From the NCBI GenBank assembly GCA_015062345.1, contig SUUV01000004.1:8298-72297 (forward strand): a stretch of 64,000 bases of DNA, in the 5' to 3' direction. The notes below the pieces were generated by a model. That model saw nothing but the letters and a program-made list of their open reading frames with translations. It did no database searches and was not told where the DNA came from. Each line of letters opens with the position of its first letter. Positions within the stretch are counted from its first letter, which is position 1. Positions 1 to 8,402 of this stretch are shown piece after piece. This stretch comes from Alphaproteobacteria bacterium. GTDB taxonomy: Bacteria; Pseudomonadota; Alphaproteobacteria; RF32; CAG-239. Position numbers and translations under genes: made by a program.

Positions 1-20
1 GAGTCTCTCTGTTGGCACCA
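1..20 (+). tRNA. 3' end of a tRNA (T-arm, acceptor strand, CCA), truncated by the window edge; possibly tRNA-Leu
   Basis: GAGT-CTCTC-TGTTGGC-A-CCA fits T-loop end, T-stem, 7 nt acceptor strand, discriminator A and encoded CCA. The anticodon lies outside the window. Confidence 0.55.
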
Positions 21-89
21 TTAAAACAAAACACCGTTGAGGTGTTTTTTTTGTTTTAAAGTGCCGACAAGAGAGGTAAGAACTTACGA
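10..89 (+). repeat. 80 bp direct repeat, copy 1 (tRNA 3' end plus long hairpin)
   Basis: Identical to 271..350 (tgttggcaccattaaaac...gaggtaagaacttacga). Confidence 0.95.
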
Positions 90-270
90 CCCACTTGGGT
101 CGGGTCGAGGATAAATATTGCTCTTAGATGAGCAATATTTACCGCAGATTACCTTTTTGTTAACTTGTGAGCAAGAGATAACGAAGCGAAACAAGTGTTA
201 CAAAAAGGGTGACCGAAGCGAGTTAGAGAGCGTTTGAAAAACGCGAACTTATGAGCAAGAACGAGACTGA

Positions 271-350
271 TGTTGGCACCATTAAAACAAAACACCGTTG
301 AGGTGTTTTTTTTGTTTTAAAGTGCCGACAAGAGAGGTAAGAACTTACGA
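271..350 (+). repeat. 80 bp direct repeat, copy 2 (att-like duplication of tRNA 3' end)
   Basis: Identical to 10..89 and begins with the tRNA terminal tgttggcacca. Confidence 0.95.
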
Positions 351-509
351 GTTCATCGGACTTATCGTCAAAAGTAGTGGCGGAAAAAAGAAACAAAAAA
401 CAAACTCACCCCTCATTTTTATGAAATAAAAATGTCTTGGGGTCTTCGAATTAGTAAAAAACACAAGATTTTTGTTTTTTATTCTCATACTTTGAAACCG
501 CCCCTAACT

Positions 510-606
510 GTCACTCCGGCACTTGATGCCGGAGTCCAGGTGGTAATATAGCTAAATTATTCCCTGGATACCGGTGTCTATTCCGAACTAAAGTTCGGGC
601 ACCGGT
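510..606. repeat. REP-like composite palindromic element
   Basis: Contains hairpin ACTCCGGCA-cttga-TGCCGGAGT, a TCCAGG/CCTGGA pair and a nested ACCGGTG...CCGAACT-aa-AGTTCGG...CACCGGT. The right half recurs inverted at ~25722..25800. Confidence 0.7.
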
Positions 607-630
607 AAGACCGTGATGAGAGAGACACCT

Positions 631-788
631 CTACATCATTTTTGATTTAAATTCTTTAAACGACTCTTTTTACTTGCAAAAAAAAAAACGGTTTATGATG
701 CGATGTGAAAGGCAAATTTTTGCACCTTTCAAATGTACTTAAACTTAATTTTTGTAAAGGAATTAAAATTATGAGAAAATATTTTCTT
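631..788 (+). promoter_or_regulatory. Conserved upstream module of pilin-like family, copy 1 (poly-A11 at 678..688)
   Basis: Near-identical to modules at 25564, 35555, 51344 and 60069: TTGCAA(674-679)...TATGAT(694-699), TGAAAGG/CCTTTCA hairpin, aagga RBS, ATGAGAAAATATTTTCTT. Confidence 0.9.
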
Positions 789-1289
789 TTAAGTCTTTCT
801 TGTATATTTAGCAGTTATCAGGCAAATGCTGATAATTCATTTGCGGCCGGACAATTTACAGCTGGTGTATATGTCACCCAAGCTGATGAAATTACTTGTG
901 AACAAAATCTTGAGGCTAGAATAGTTGTTAAAGACAAACCTGAACAATTTACATTACAAATTCTCCCCAATGCATATAATATGGGTGTTTCTGTTGATAC
1001 CAATGTGATAACTGCTGTTGTAACACCTGCACAATGTACAATATCAAACGGCACATTTACTGATGTTTCTAAATTTGAGCTACCAACTGTTGTACCATTA
1101 AATTCTGCAGGAAGTGATGATATTCTTTCCGCAACTCAATCAACCATTGGTGATTTTGAGCTTGTTATATCACCTGATGGTAAAAGTGTAAATATCGGTG
1201 GAACATTTACTATCTATCCTGAAGATATACCAAATACACCAGATCAGATGATAGGTTCAGTAATTCCAATTACTTATACTTATGAATAA
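771..1289 (+). CDS. Secreted pilin-like protein (DUF4402/Csu-like family), paralog 1, the most divergent
   Basis: Start reassigned to the ATG at 771 after the RBS. Signal peptide MRKYFLL...ANA; IGGTFTI motif; C-terminal ITYTYE beta-strand. Confidence 0.7.
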   Translation: MRKYFLLSLSCIFSSYQANADNSFAAGQFTAGVYVTQADEITCEQNLEARIVVKDKPEQFTLQILPNAYNMGVSVDTNVITAVVTPAQCTISNGTFTDVSKFELPTVVPLNSAGSDDILSATQSTIGDFELVISPDGKSVNIGGTFTIYPEDIPNTPDQMIGSVIPITYTYE

Positions 1290-1326
1290 GCACAAAGCTC
1301 CGTGTCTAACTAAGTATTTTAGGCAC

Positions 1327-1361
1327 AAAAAAACTCGCAGGATTTTCCTGCGAGTTTTTTT
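1327..1361. terminator. Bidirectional intrinsic terminator
   Basis: A7-CTCGCAGG-atttt-CCTGCGAG-T7 between convergent genes. Confidence 0.85.
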
Positions 1362-1369
1362 GAGCATTA

Positions 1370-3559
1370 TTAACTTGCTTTTTTAAGCTCCTGATTTTCC
1401 AGTTCTTCAAGAACTTGTTTTTTCAAGGTAATATTATCTGTCTTACCGGTTGCAAATGTCGGAATACTGTCTTGATACATTATGATACGAGGTAAGAACA
1501 ATTCAGATAAACCATTGTTTTTTACATATTCGTGTAAAACAGATTGTTTAACTTGTTTGTTGTTGGTAACCAAAACAATCTGTTCACCTTTGCTTTCATG
1601 CGGAATGGATACAACACCATATTCAAAATCAGGTCCCATCCACTCGTAAGCCTTAACAACCATTTCCATAACAGCGGTCAAAGATACCATTTCACCGCCG
1701 ATTTTTGCAAAGCGTTTGATACGGTCACGAATATATACAAAACCGATTTCATCAATTTCAACCACATCACCGGTCTTATACCAACCGTCTTCCGGCGGTA
1801 CCAAAACTCCCGGATTTTCGGGCAAATAGTATCCCAACATAACATTCGGACCTTTAACCCAAAGTTCACCGCCGTTTTCAATTCCGGGAACAGTCTCAAT
1901 TTTATATTTCATTGCCGGCAATAATTTACCGATTGAACCGAATCGATTAAACACACTGTTGTTACCGGTTACCACCGGAGCGCATTCGGTTGAGCCATAT
2001 GCTTCCATCATTCTGATACCCATGCGTTCCATCCACATATTGCGGGTATCAAGCTTAACAGCTTCGGCACCGCCATACATAAAGCGTATATTATGAAAAT
2101 CATACGGGTGAGCAATTTTTCCGTATCCTCTGAAGAATGTGTCCGTACCGAACATAATGGTTGCTCCCAACTCATAAACAAGTTCGGCAATTACACGATA
2201 ATGAAGCGGTGAAGGATACAAAAACAATCTGGCACCTTCAAATAAGGGGAAAAATGTGCCGACCGTTAAACCGAAACTGTGGAACATCGGCAACGCATTA
2301 AACACCAAATCAGTTGTATTCAGGGTTTCAAGACAAGCCAATTGTTTTGTATTTGAAATGATATTAGCATGGCTCAATACAACGGCTTTAGGTGCACCCT
2401 CAGAACCTGATGTAAACAAAATTACAGCCTTTTTGTTGCCACCGTCTTTGTGCGGAACGCGTTTAATTTTATAACGCAAAAAAGCACCGATTTTGGCCAA
2501 CAAACCAATGTGTTTTGCCATATGCTCCAAATAGAACACTTCAACACCGCTGGCTTTTAACAACTCAACAACCGATTCTAATTTTGCCGTTCTGACAAAA
2601 GTCAACGAGGTTATAACCATTTTAACTTGTGCGGTTTTGCACATAGAGAGCATATTTTTGGCGCCAACCGAAAAGTTAAGCATTACAGGCACTCTTTCAT
2701 ATGCGGACAAACCAAACAATGTGCAAACCGTGGCAATGGTGTTTGGCAACATCAAACCTACATGCTCAAAATGTAAAGTTCTTTTTTTGAAAAACTTACC
2801 GATTACAAAAGCCTTAATAATCAAATCTTTAAATGAATTGGGCTTGCGATTGATATCCTCAATTACACGAGGGCGTTTGAAGAAAAAACCTTTTTTGGAA
2901 TGAACTTTTGAAGTTTTCATCAAATGAGCAAACAATGAAATGTTCGGATTATAATTAATCTCAAAGTTCATATCTCGTAAAATTGTGTAAACCTCATTGC
3001 TGATGTGGTCGCGTTGACGACGCAATTCGTCTTTTAATTTAAAAGGCTTGGGCTCTCCAACCGTAATGCGCATTTTGGGTAACGGACGATGCGGTAATTT
3101 GCCTTTGGTCTTAGAAAAGTATCCATATTGCGGACCGTCAATCCACACCGGAATAATCGGCGATTTTGATTTATCGGCCACCAACCCCGGAGCTTCGTAA
3201 ATTTTCATCAAACCGCCGCTTTCGGTTATGCGGCCCTCGGCAAAGATAACCACCAATCTGCCACTGTCAACCTTTGCGATAAGCTCTTTGATATCCGACG
3301 GCTCAATGGGATTAAAAAGCATTGTATCGGCATATTTCATCAAATTTCTAATCCAATGACGACGATGCAAATGACCATTTAAAGCAAAAACCGGATTTCC
3401 GGGCAAAAAGGCATATAACAACAACGGATCAAGATATGATACATGGTTGGATACATAAACACCCTTTTGGGGAAGCTTTTTCAAATCAAAGCAAATTTTA
3501 CATCTGCTTTTAAATATGGTAAAGAATGCTCTTAAACAAAATTTTACAAATTTATTCAA
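1370..3559 (-). CDS. aas: Bifunctional 2-acyl-GPE acyltransferase / acyl-ACP synthetase
   Basis: N-terminal PlsC motifs NHVSYLD and FAEGR; C-terminal AMP-binding motifs FTSGSEGAPK, YGSTE and YKTGD. Confidence 0.85.
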   Translation of the reverse strand: MNKFVKFCLRAFFTIFKSRCKICFDLKKLPQKGVYVSNHVSYLDPLLLYAFLPGNPVFALNGHLHRRHWIRNLMKYADTMLFNPIEPSDIKELIAKVDSGRLVVIFAEGRITESGGLMKIYEAPGLVADKSKSPIIPVWIDGPQYGYFSKTKGKLPHRPLPKMRITVGEPKPFKLKDELRRQRDHISNEVYTILRDMNFEINYNPNISLFAHLMKTSKVHSKKGFFFKRPRVIEDINRKPNSFKDLIIKAFVIGKFFKKRTLHFEHVGLMLPNTIATVCTLFGLSAYERVPVMLNFSVGAKNMLSMCKTAQVKMVITSLTFVRTAKLESVVELLKASGVEVFYLEHMAKHIGLLAKIGAFLRYKIKRVPHKDGGNKKAVILFTSGSEGAPKAVVLSHANIISNTKQLACLETLNTTDLVFNALPMFHSFGLTVGTFFPLFEGARLFLYPSPLHYRVIAELVYELGATIMFGTDTFFRGYGKIAHPYDFHNIRFMYGGAEAVKLDTRNMWMERMGIRMMEAYGSTECAPVVTGNNSVFNRFGSIGKLLPAMKYKIETVPGIENGGELWVKGPNVMLGYYLPENPGVLVPPEDGWYKTGDVVEIDEIGFVYIRDRIKRFAKIGGEMVSLTAVMEMVVKAYEWMGPDFEYGVVSIPHESKGEQIVLVTNNKQVKQSVLHEYVKNNGLSELFLPRIIMYQDSIPTFATGKTDNITLKKQVLEELENQELKKAS

Positions 3560-3720
3560 AGTTTTTCTCCATCAGTTACTACATATATTGTGTTGTATAC
3601 AAAAATCTCAATTTTGTAAAGATAAAAAAAAGTCTAGTGGATAGCTGAAAAAATCTTAAGAATAACATACTGATTTTGCGTTGCTTTTAAAAAATTATCA
3701 ACGAGGATAATCTTTTAGGC

Positions 3721-3749
3721 TTGCTTTTTGTTTTTTTATTGTCTATAAC
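3721..3749 (+). promoter_or_regulatory. Sigma70-type promoter upstream of fadL
   Basis: TTGCTT-17 bp-TATAAC. Confidence 0.55.
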
Positions 3750-3881
3750 GCCCCAGTAACATATTATGTACATTTATTTCAAATATGCCGCAAATATTAC
3801 AAAAAATTACAATAAACAATAAGTAAGGTATTGATGCATATTAAGTTACTTTTGGATTAACAGAAGAAGTGAATTAGTAAT

Positions 3882-5153
3882 ATGAATAAACTTTTAACTT
3901 TAACAGCATTGGGAACTGTTTTATTGGCTGCCAATGCAAATGCTGCCGGTTTCCACTTGCGTGAACAGTCAGCTGCAGCTCAAGGTAACGCTTTTGCAGG
4001 TGCAACAGCAGGTGCCGAAAACAATTCTTATGCTTATTTTAATGCAGCAGGTTTAACCAGACAAAAAGGAACACAATTTAACATTGGCGGAACATACATT
4101 GCGCCTAAAGCAAGAGCCGAAAATGTTAAATATGTTGACAACAGCGGTAACACTCAAAGAGGCTCTGATGTTAACAACATCGTGCATGCCGCAGTTGCTC
4201 CTAATATGAATTTTTCTCATCAACTTGATGAAAAAACATTTTTAGGCGTTTCTTTAAATGTTCCTTACGGTATGGTAACAAAATATGATAAAGATTGGGC
4301 AGGTTCCGATCATGGTATCACATCAAAAGTTACCTCCGTTACCGTTACTCCGATGGCTGCTTACAAAGCAACCGATAAGTTATCATTGGGTGCCGGTGTT
4401 CAGTTGCAATATATGAAAGCAAAATTGACCAACAGTGCATCAGGATTTGGTGTTGAGCATGTTCGTCTTGAAGGCGATACATTTGATATCGGTTATCAAT
4501 TAGGTGCTTTGTACGAATTTAATGACAATACTCGTATCGGTTTAGGGTACAGAAGCGAAGTTAAGCACAAATTAAAAGGTGAAATTGAAGCATCTCCTTC
4601 TGCAGCTTCCGGTATGACAGGTGCAGTAGTTAATGCTTTGCTTAACCAAGACATCAGTGCTCATTTAACAACTCCTGCTATGGCCTCGATTGGTTTATTC
4701 CACCAGTTAAACGAAAAATGGGCCGTTATGGCAGAATATCAGCGAGTATTCTGGAGTTCTTTTGATTATCTTACCATTATGGGCGAAGATACAAAATCAC
4801 AAGTTTCACAGGTTAAAGAAAAATGGCGTGATACAAACTTCTTTGCCGTTGGTGCAAGTTATCAAATTGACAATCAATGGAAATGGCGTTTAGGTTTAGC
4901 TTATGACCAATCTGCCGTTCGCATGAAACACAGAACTCCTCGCATTCCGGATTCGGATCGTTTGTGGTATTCAACAGGTTTGAACTATCAATATAACGAT
5001 AAGTTGAGTTTTGACTTGGCGTATACATACATTTATGCTCACAAAGCTCATATGCATACACAAAACATTACTCCAAATGATGTAAACAGAGCTTCAGTAG
5101 ACTTTACAAACTCTGTTCAGTTGTTCGGTTTCTCGCTTAATTATAAATTCTAA
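3882..5153 (+). CDS. fadL: FadL/OmpP1 family long-chain fatty acid outer membrane transporter
   Basis: Signal peptide, AAGFHLREQSAAAQGNAFAGA hatch motif, RTPRIPDSDRLW, C-terminal NYKF. Confidence 0.88.
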   Translation: MNKLLTLTALGTVLLAANANAAGFHLREQSAAAQGNAFAGATAGAENNSYAYFNAAGLTRQKGTQFNIGGTYIAPKARAENVKYVDNSGNTQRGSDVNNIVHAAVAPNMNFSHQLDEKTFLGVSLNVPYGMVTKYDKDWAGSDHGITSKVTSVTVTPMAAYKATDKLSLGAGVQLQYMKAKLTNSASGFGVEHVRLEGDTFDIGYQLGALYEFNDNTRIGLGYRSEVKHKLKGEIEASPSAASGMTGAVVNALLNQDISAHLTTPAMASIGLFHQLNEKWAVMAEYQRVFWSSFDYLTIMGEDTKSQVSQVKEKWRDTNFFAVGASYQIDNQWKWRLGLAYDQSAVRMKHRTPRIPDSDRLWYSTGLNYQYNDKLSFDLAYTYIYAHKAHMHTQNITPNDVNRASVDFTNSVQLFGFSLNYKF

Positions 5154-5165
5154 TTTAAGCAAAAC

Positions 5166-5200
5166 AAAAAACTCTCCGGCTTTTCGGTCGGAGAGTTTTT
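5166..5200 (+). terminator. Intrinsic terminator after fadL; a second hairpin at ~5210..5235 serves the convergent gene
   Basis: ACTCTCCG...CGGAGAGT followed by a T run. Confidence 0.75.
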
Positions 5201-5265
5201 ACATACAAAAACGGCGCTCATTAAAGGGCGCCGTTAATTAATAATACGAGAAAAGATTTTTACAA

Positions 5266-8187
5266 CTAACGCAGTCTCAATACAACTTCGTTGTTATATC
5301 TTGCCGTCAGGGTACCATCTTCGGTGGTGAATACATAACCGTCAACCTTGGTTGAGAAGTTACCGTCTCTCCAATTCCACCTCGCAAGAGTGGTATTACG
5401 AACATTACGCATACAAGTATCACCTACAAAGTACGCAATTCTGTCCTTCATATCCTTTGCTATGGCCGGCTCCCACTTTCCGTTAAGATAAACACCACTG
5501 TTATAAGTGCTGTCATAATTTCCTTCAACAAAGTTTCCGGAAGTAATGTTCTCAACGGTAGGAACGATTGTGTTCATATTAAACACAACAGCAACAGCTC
5601 CCTTGTCAGTTCTGATGCAAAGACATTTCTGAGCATAATCGCCGCTCTTGTCATCTGCCGGCACTGCACTGATACCTGCACCAAGAATTTTTCCCCACTC
5701 AGGAGGTAAAATCCTTTCAACCGGTTTTTCAACACAGATATCTGTATTTGCCTTACCGATTCCCGTATACGAGTCAGAAACAACATCATAAGTATAGTTC
5801 ACATTGTTTACATAAGGATAAACATTATAAACTATACCATCAGTAGTCACCTCACCAGACTTTGCTCCAACACTGCTCACACCCTCTGTGACAGACCAAC
5901 TTCCATAGTCAAATTCTACCTCATAGTACTCGTTCTTGTAAACAGCCCTCTGGCTATTGTACGAATACTGGTTATTAAAGGACTTATGGCCGTTATCGGC
6001 TGTTGATGAATAACTGTTTGTCTTAGTATAGACTGTCCAGTTACCATCCTTTGCTGATGTTTCACTTCCAGCTACAGAACCATTTGACAATGTCGCATAG
6101 TCAGTATTTTCAGTGTAAACTGTCTGCTTAGAAGGACCAGAAAACCCAAAAGTCAACACCTTTGTGATTTCTCTTTCGTTCTTCTTTCCGGAATTTGACC
6201 AGACCTCATATTCTTTAAAAGAAACTCTTTCAGATGTTGCTGAGATAATCTCTCTTTTTACATCAGAAAAAGACTTTCCGGTCATTACATCTTCGTGCTT
6301 GAGCACTCTAGAGTAAGGAACCGCAACAGAATAGGTCTTAGTCTCGGCAGTAGCTTTTGTTTCAACAACATCTTCACGCCTTACATCTACATTAAAGTAG
6401 AGAATAACATCATAGACTGTTGAGTCAGCATTTGATTTCAACTCATTGCGAGATGCACTGAAAGTGCTGTATCTCACATTAGATATTGAAGAATGCACAA
6501 AAGCCGTTTCGCCATAAGCTTCCTTCTCAAATTCGGTAGCAGAAACAATCTTCTCACCCTCATTGAACCTAAAATTATAGTTCTGTGAGCGAGCTGTTGT
6601 TGTAAAGCCGCCTGAATTTTTAGAATTAAGCTTATCTCCGTCTCTTGAAGAACCGGCAAGAGTAACCTTAGAAAGAGCATCTTCGGTTTCTACATACACC
6701 ACATCGGGAGCATTAAAGATTGCCTCAAGGTTAATATCCCTTTCGAAGCTGTTTCTTTCTACTTCCGTATGGTTTCTGTAGGTTACAAAATCACCATTTA
6801 CCTTTTGCTTAACGGTAAAAAGCTGTTTTGTAGCCGTATCAAATTTGCCCTCGTATCCGGTGTTCTCAAGCTTTACTTCTACAACCTCCGGCTGATACAC
6901 TCTCTGTAAAGGAACTCGAACTGTATAAGTTTTGTTCACTTCGGAGTTTTCTTTGCACTCAACCTCAACATCAAAGTAAAGATTGATATCATAAACGATT
7001 TCATCGTTGTTTGACTGCTCTTTATTAAGCTCTGCATCATACTCTTTGTACGATACATTCTTAATTAAAGCATATGCAAAAAGTGTGTCAGCATCAAAAA
7101 GCTGCTGATAAACAGTTTCAGCGGTAACCACCTCATTTTCATTGAACTTAAATGTATAGTTCTTTGAAGTGGTAGTCATTGTAAACTCGTCCTTTGCTTC
7201 GCTTGTAACAACCTCATCATCAGATGAATTTGACTTAAGCGCAACATCGGTAAGCTTAGCCTCGCTGTTTACAATAACCCTCTTAGGTGAGGCCGTAAAC
7301 ATAGCATCGAGATCAAGGTCATACTTGAACATCTTTCGTCCGATTTCCTTATCTCTCAAAGTAGTAACAAAGTAACCTTTGACATACTGCTCAACTGTAA
7401 ACAGATTGTTTGCAGTGGTGTCAAGCTCAACTTTATACTCTGTATCCTTGATGCTTGTCTCAGCCTCAGCCGGAGCCTCCTTAAAGATTCTCTGTAAAGG
7501 AACTCGAACTGTATAAGTCTTGTTCACTTCAGAGTTCTCTTTGCATTCAACCTCAACATCAAAGTAAAGATTGATATCAAACACGGTTGAATCCGCATTT
7601 GACTTAGCTTCATCAAGCTCTGCATCATACTCCTTGTACGACACATTCTTAATTAAAGCATATGCAAAGATAGTGTCTGCATGAGAAAGCTGCTGATAAA
7701 CAGCTTGAGCGGTAACTACCTCATTTTCATTGAACTTAAATGTATAGTTCTTTGAAGTGGTAGTCAGTGTAAACTCGTCCTTTGCTTCGCTTGTAACAAC
7801 CTCATCATCAGATGATGAAGCAGTATGCTCAACCTTAGAAAGATTCTCTTTCTTTGAAACATAAACCACTTGTGGCTTTGCTTCAAATTTTGCATTTAGG
7901 TTAAGGTTATGAGCAAAAGGAGCCCTATCTACCTCTTTTTCACCCTTATACAAAACCAGATTACCCTCTACATACTGCTCAACCGTAAACAGATTGTTGG
8001 CGGTGGTGTCAAACTGAGCGGTGTGCGCCGTGCCTTCATATACAAGGGTCTGACTTGGGTCAGCGATTCCCTCTGCAAATCCGACATAGGTGCTCTCCAT
8101 TTCTTCTTTCGAGCACGACAAGCTGCATATTACAACCATAATAGCAGCGAGAGCTGTTAAAGCTCTTGTAACGGTTTCTTTAGCCAT
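5266..8187 (-). CDS. Large predicted lipoprotein with three ~196 aa tandem domains, Bacteroidota-like
   Basis: 973 aa ORF; lipobox SLS-C followed by SKEE. Repeats 1 and 2 are near-identical in DNA at a 588 bp offset; repeat 3 is diverged. Confidence 0.75.
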   Translation of the reverse strand: MAKETVTRALTALAAIMVVICSLSCSKEEMESTYVGFAEGIADPSQTLVYEGTAHTAQFDTTANNLFTVEQYVEGNLVLYKGEKEVDRAPFAHNLNLNAKFEAKPQVVYVSKKENLSKVEHTASSSDDEVVTSEAKDEFTLTTTSKNYTFKFNENEVVTAQAVYQQLSHADTIFAYALIKNVSYKEYDAELDEAKSNADSTVFDINLYFDVEVECKENSEVNKTYTVRVPLQRIFKEAPAEAETSIKDTEYKVELDTTANNLFTVEQYVKGYFVTTLRDKEIGRKMFKYDLDLDAMFTASPKRVIVNSEAKLTDVALKSNSSDDEVVTSEAKDEFTMTTTSKNYTFKFNENEVVTAETVYQQLFDADTLFAYALIKNVSYKEYDAELNKEQSNNDEIVYDINLYFDVEVECKENSEVNKTYTVRVPLQRVYQPEVVEVKLENTGYEGKFDTATKQLFTVKQKVNGDFVTYRNHTEVERNSFERDINLEAIFNAPDVVYVETEDALSKVTLAGSSRDGDKLNSKNSGGFTTTARSQNYNFRFNEGEKIVSATEFEKEAYGETAFVHSSISNVRYSTFSASRNELKSNADSTVYDVILYFNVDVRREDVVETKATAETKTYSVAVPYSRVLKHEDVMTGKSFSDVKREIISATSERVSFKEYEVWSNSGKKNEREITKVLTFGFSGPSKQTVYTENTDYATLSNGSVAGSETSAKDGNWTVYTKTNSYSSTADNGHKSFNNQYSYNSQRAVYKNEYYEVEFDYGSWSVTEGVSSVGAKSGEVTTDGIVYNVYPYVNNVNYTYDVVSDSYTGIGKANTDICVEKPVERILPPEWGKILGAGISAVPADDKSGDYAQKCLCIRTDKGAVAVVFNMNTIVPTVENITSGNFVEGNYDSTYNSGVYLNGKWEPAIAKDMKDRIAYFVGDTCMRNVRNTTLARWNWRDGNFSTKVDGYVFTTEDGTLTARYNNEVVLRLR

Positions 8188-8296
8188 ATTTTTAGATTTT
8201 TAGATTAAACAACTAAAGTTTTTGCGTACACCTAACGGTTTTGAAAAATCTTTTCAATTTATCAAATAATACACACAAAAACTTTTTATCCATTAC

Positions 8297-8325
8297 AATT
8301 TAGCAGAAAAATCGCCAACTTACAA
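8297..8325 (-). promoter_or_regulatory. Sigma70-type promoter for the lipoprotein gene
   Basis: Minus strand TTGTAA-17 bp-TAAATT. Confidence 0.5.
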
Positions 8326-8402
8326 GAAAAAAATGCGCTTAAAACGCATTTTTTTGACAAAACATTTTAGCCTGAAAAGTGTCGATAAAACAATATGTTA
8401 TA

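Noticed and set aside
72-82. gaggtaaga shared between the tRNA repeat and the distal edge of modules 3-5
   Set aside because: Only ~9 bp, and the same word occurs inside aas (~1488), so chance is a sufficient explanation.
1-350. CRISPR array
   Set aside because: Only two 80 bp repeats with one 181 bp spacer, starting with a tRNA end; sizes are incompatible and no cas genes are present.
644-660. CtrA box or dif/Xer site in the module (tttgatttaaattctttaaa)
   Set aside because: TTAA half-sites are 5 bp apart rather than 7, the second half-site is lost in copy 2, and the block does not match dif arms.
700-770. c-di-GMP (GEMM) riboswitch in the module leader, suggested by GGCAAA/GAAA-like words
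   Set aside because: Single hairpin only; no second stem with tetraloop/receptor, and GGCAAA is not conserved among copies.
705-770. N-terminal extensions of paralogs 1 and 2 in the ORF track (starts 705 and 25608)
   Set aside because: They run through the conserved non-coding module. The RBS, the signal peptide and alignment with paralogs 3-5 place the starts at 771 and 25581.
6290-8020. Diversity-generating retroelement template/variable repeat pair in the lipoprotein repeats
   Set aside because: The repeats are in-frame domain duplications, the differences are not adenine-specific, and no reverse transcriptase is present.
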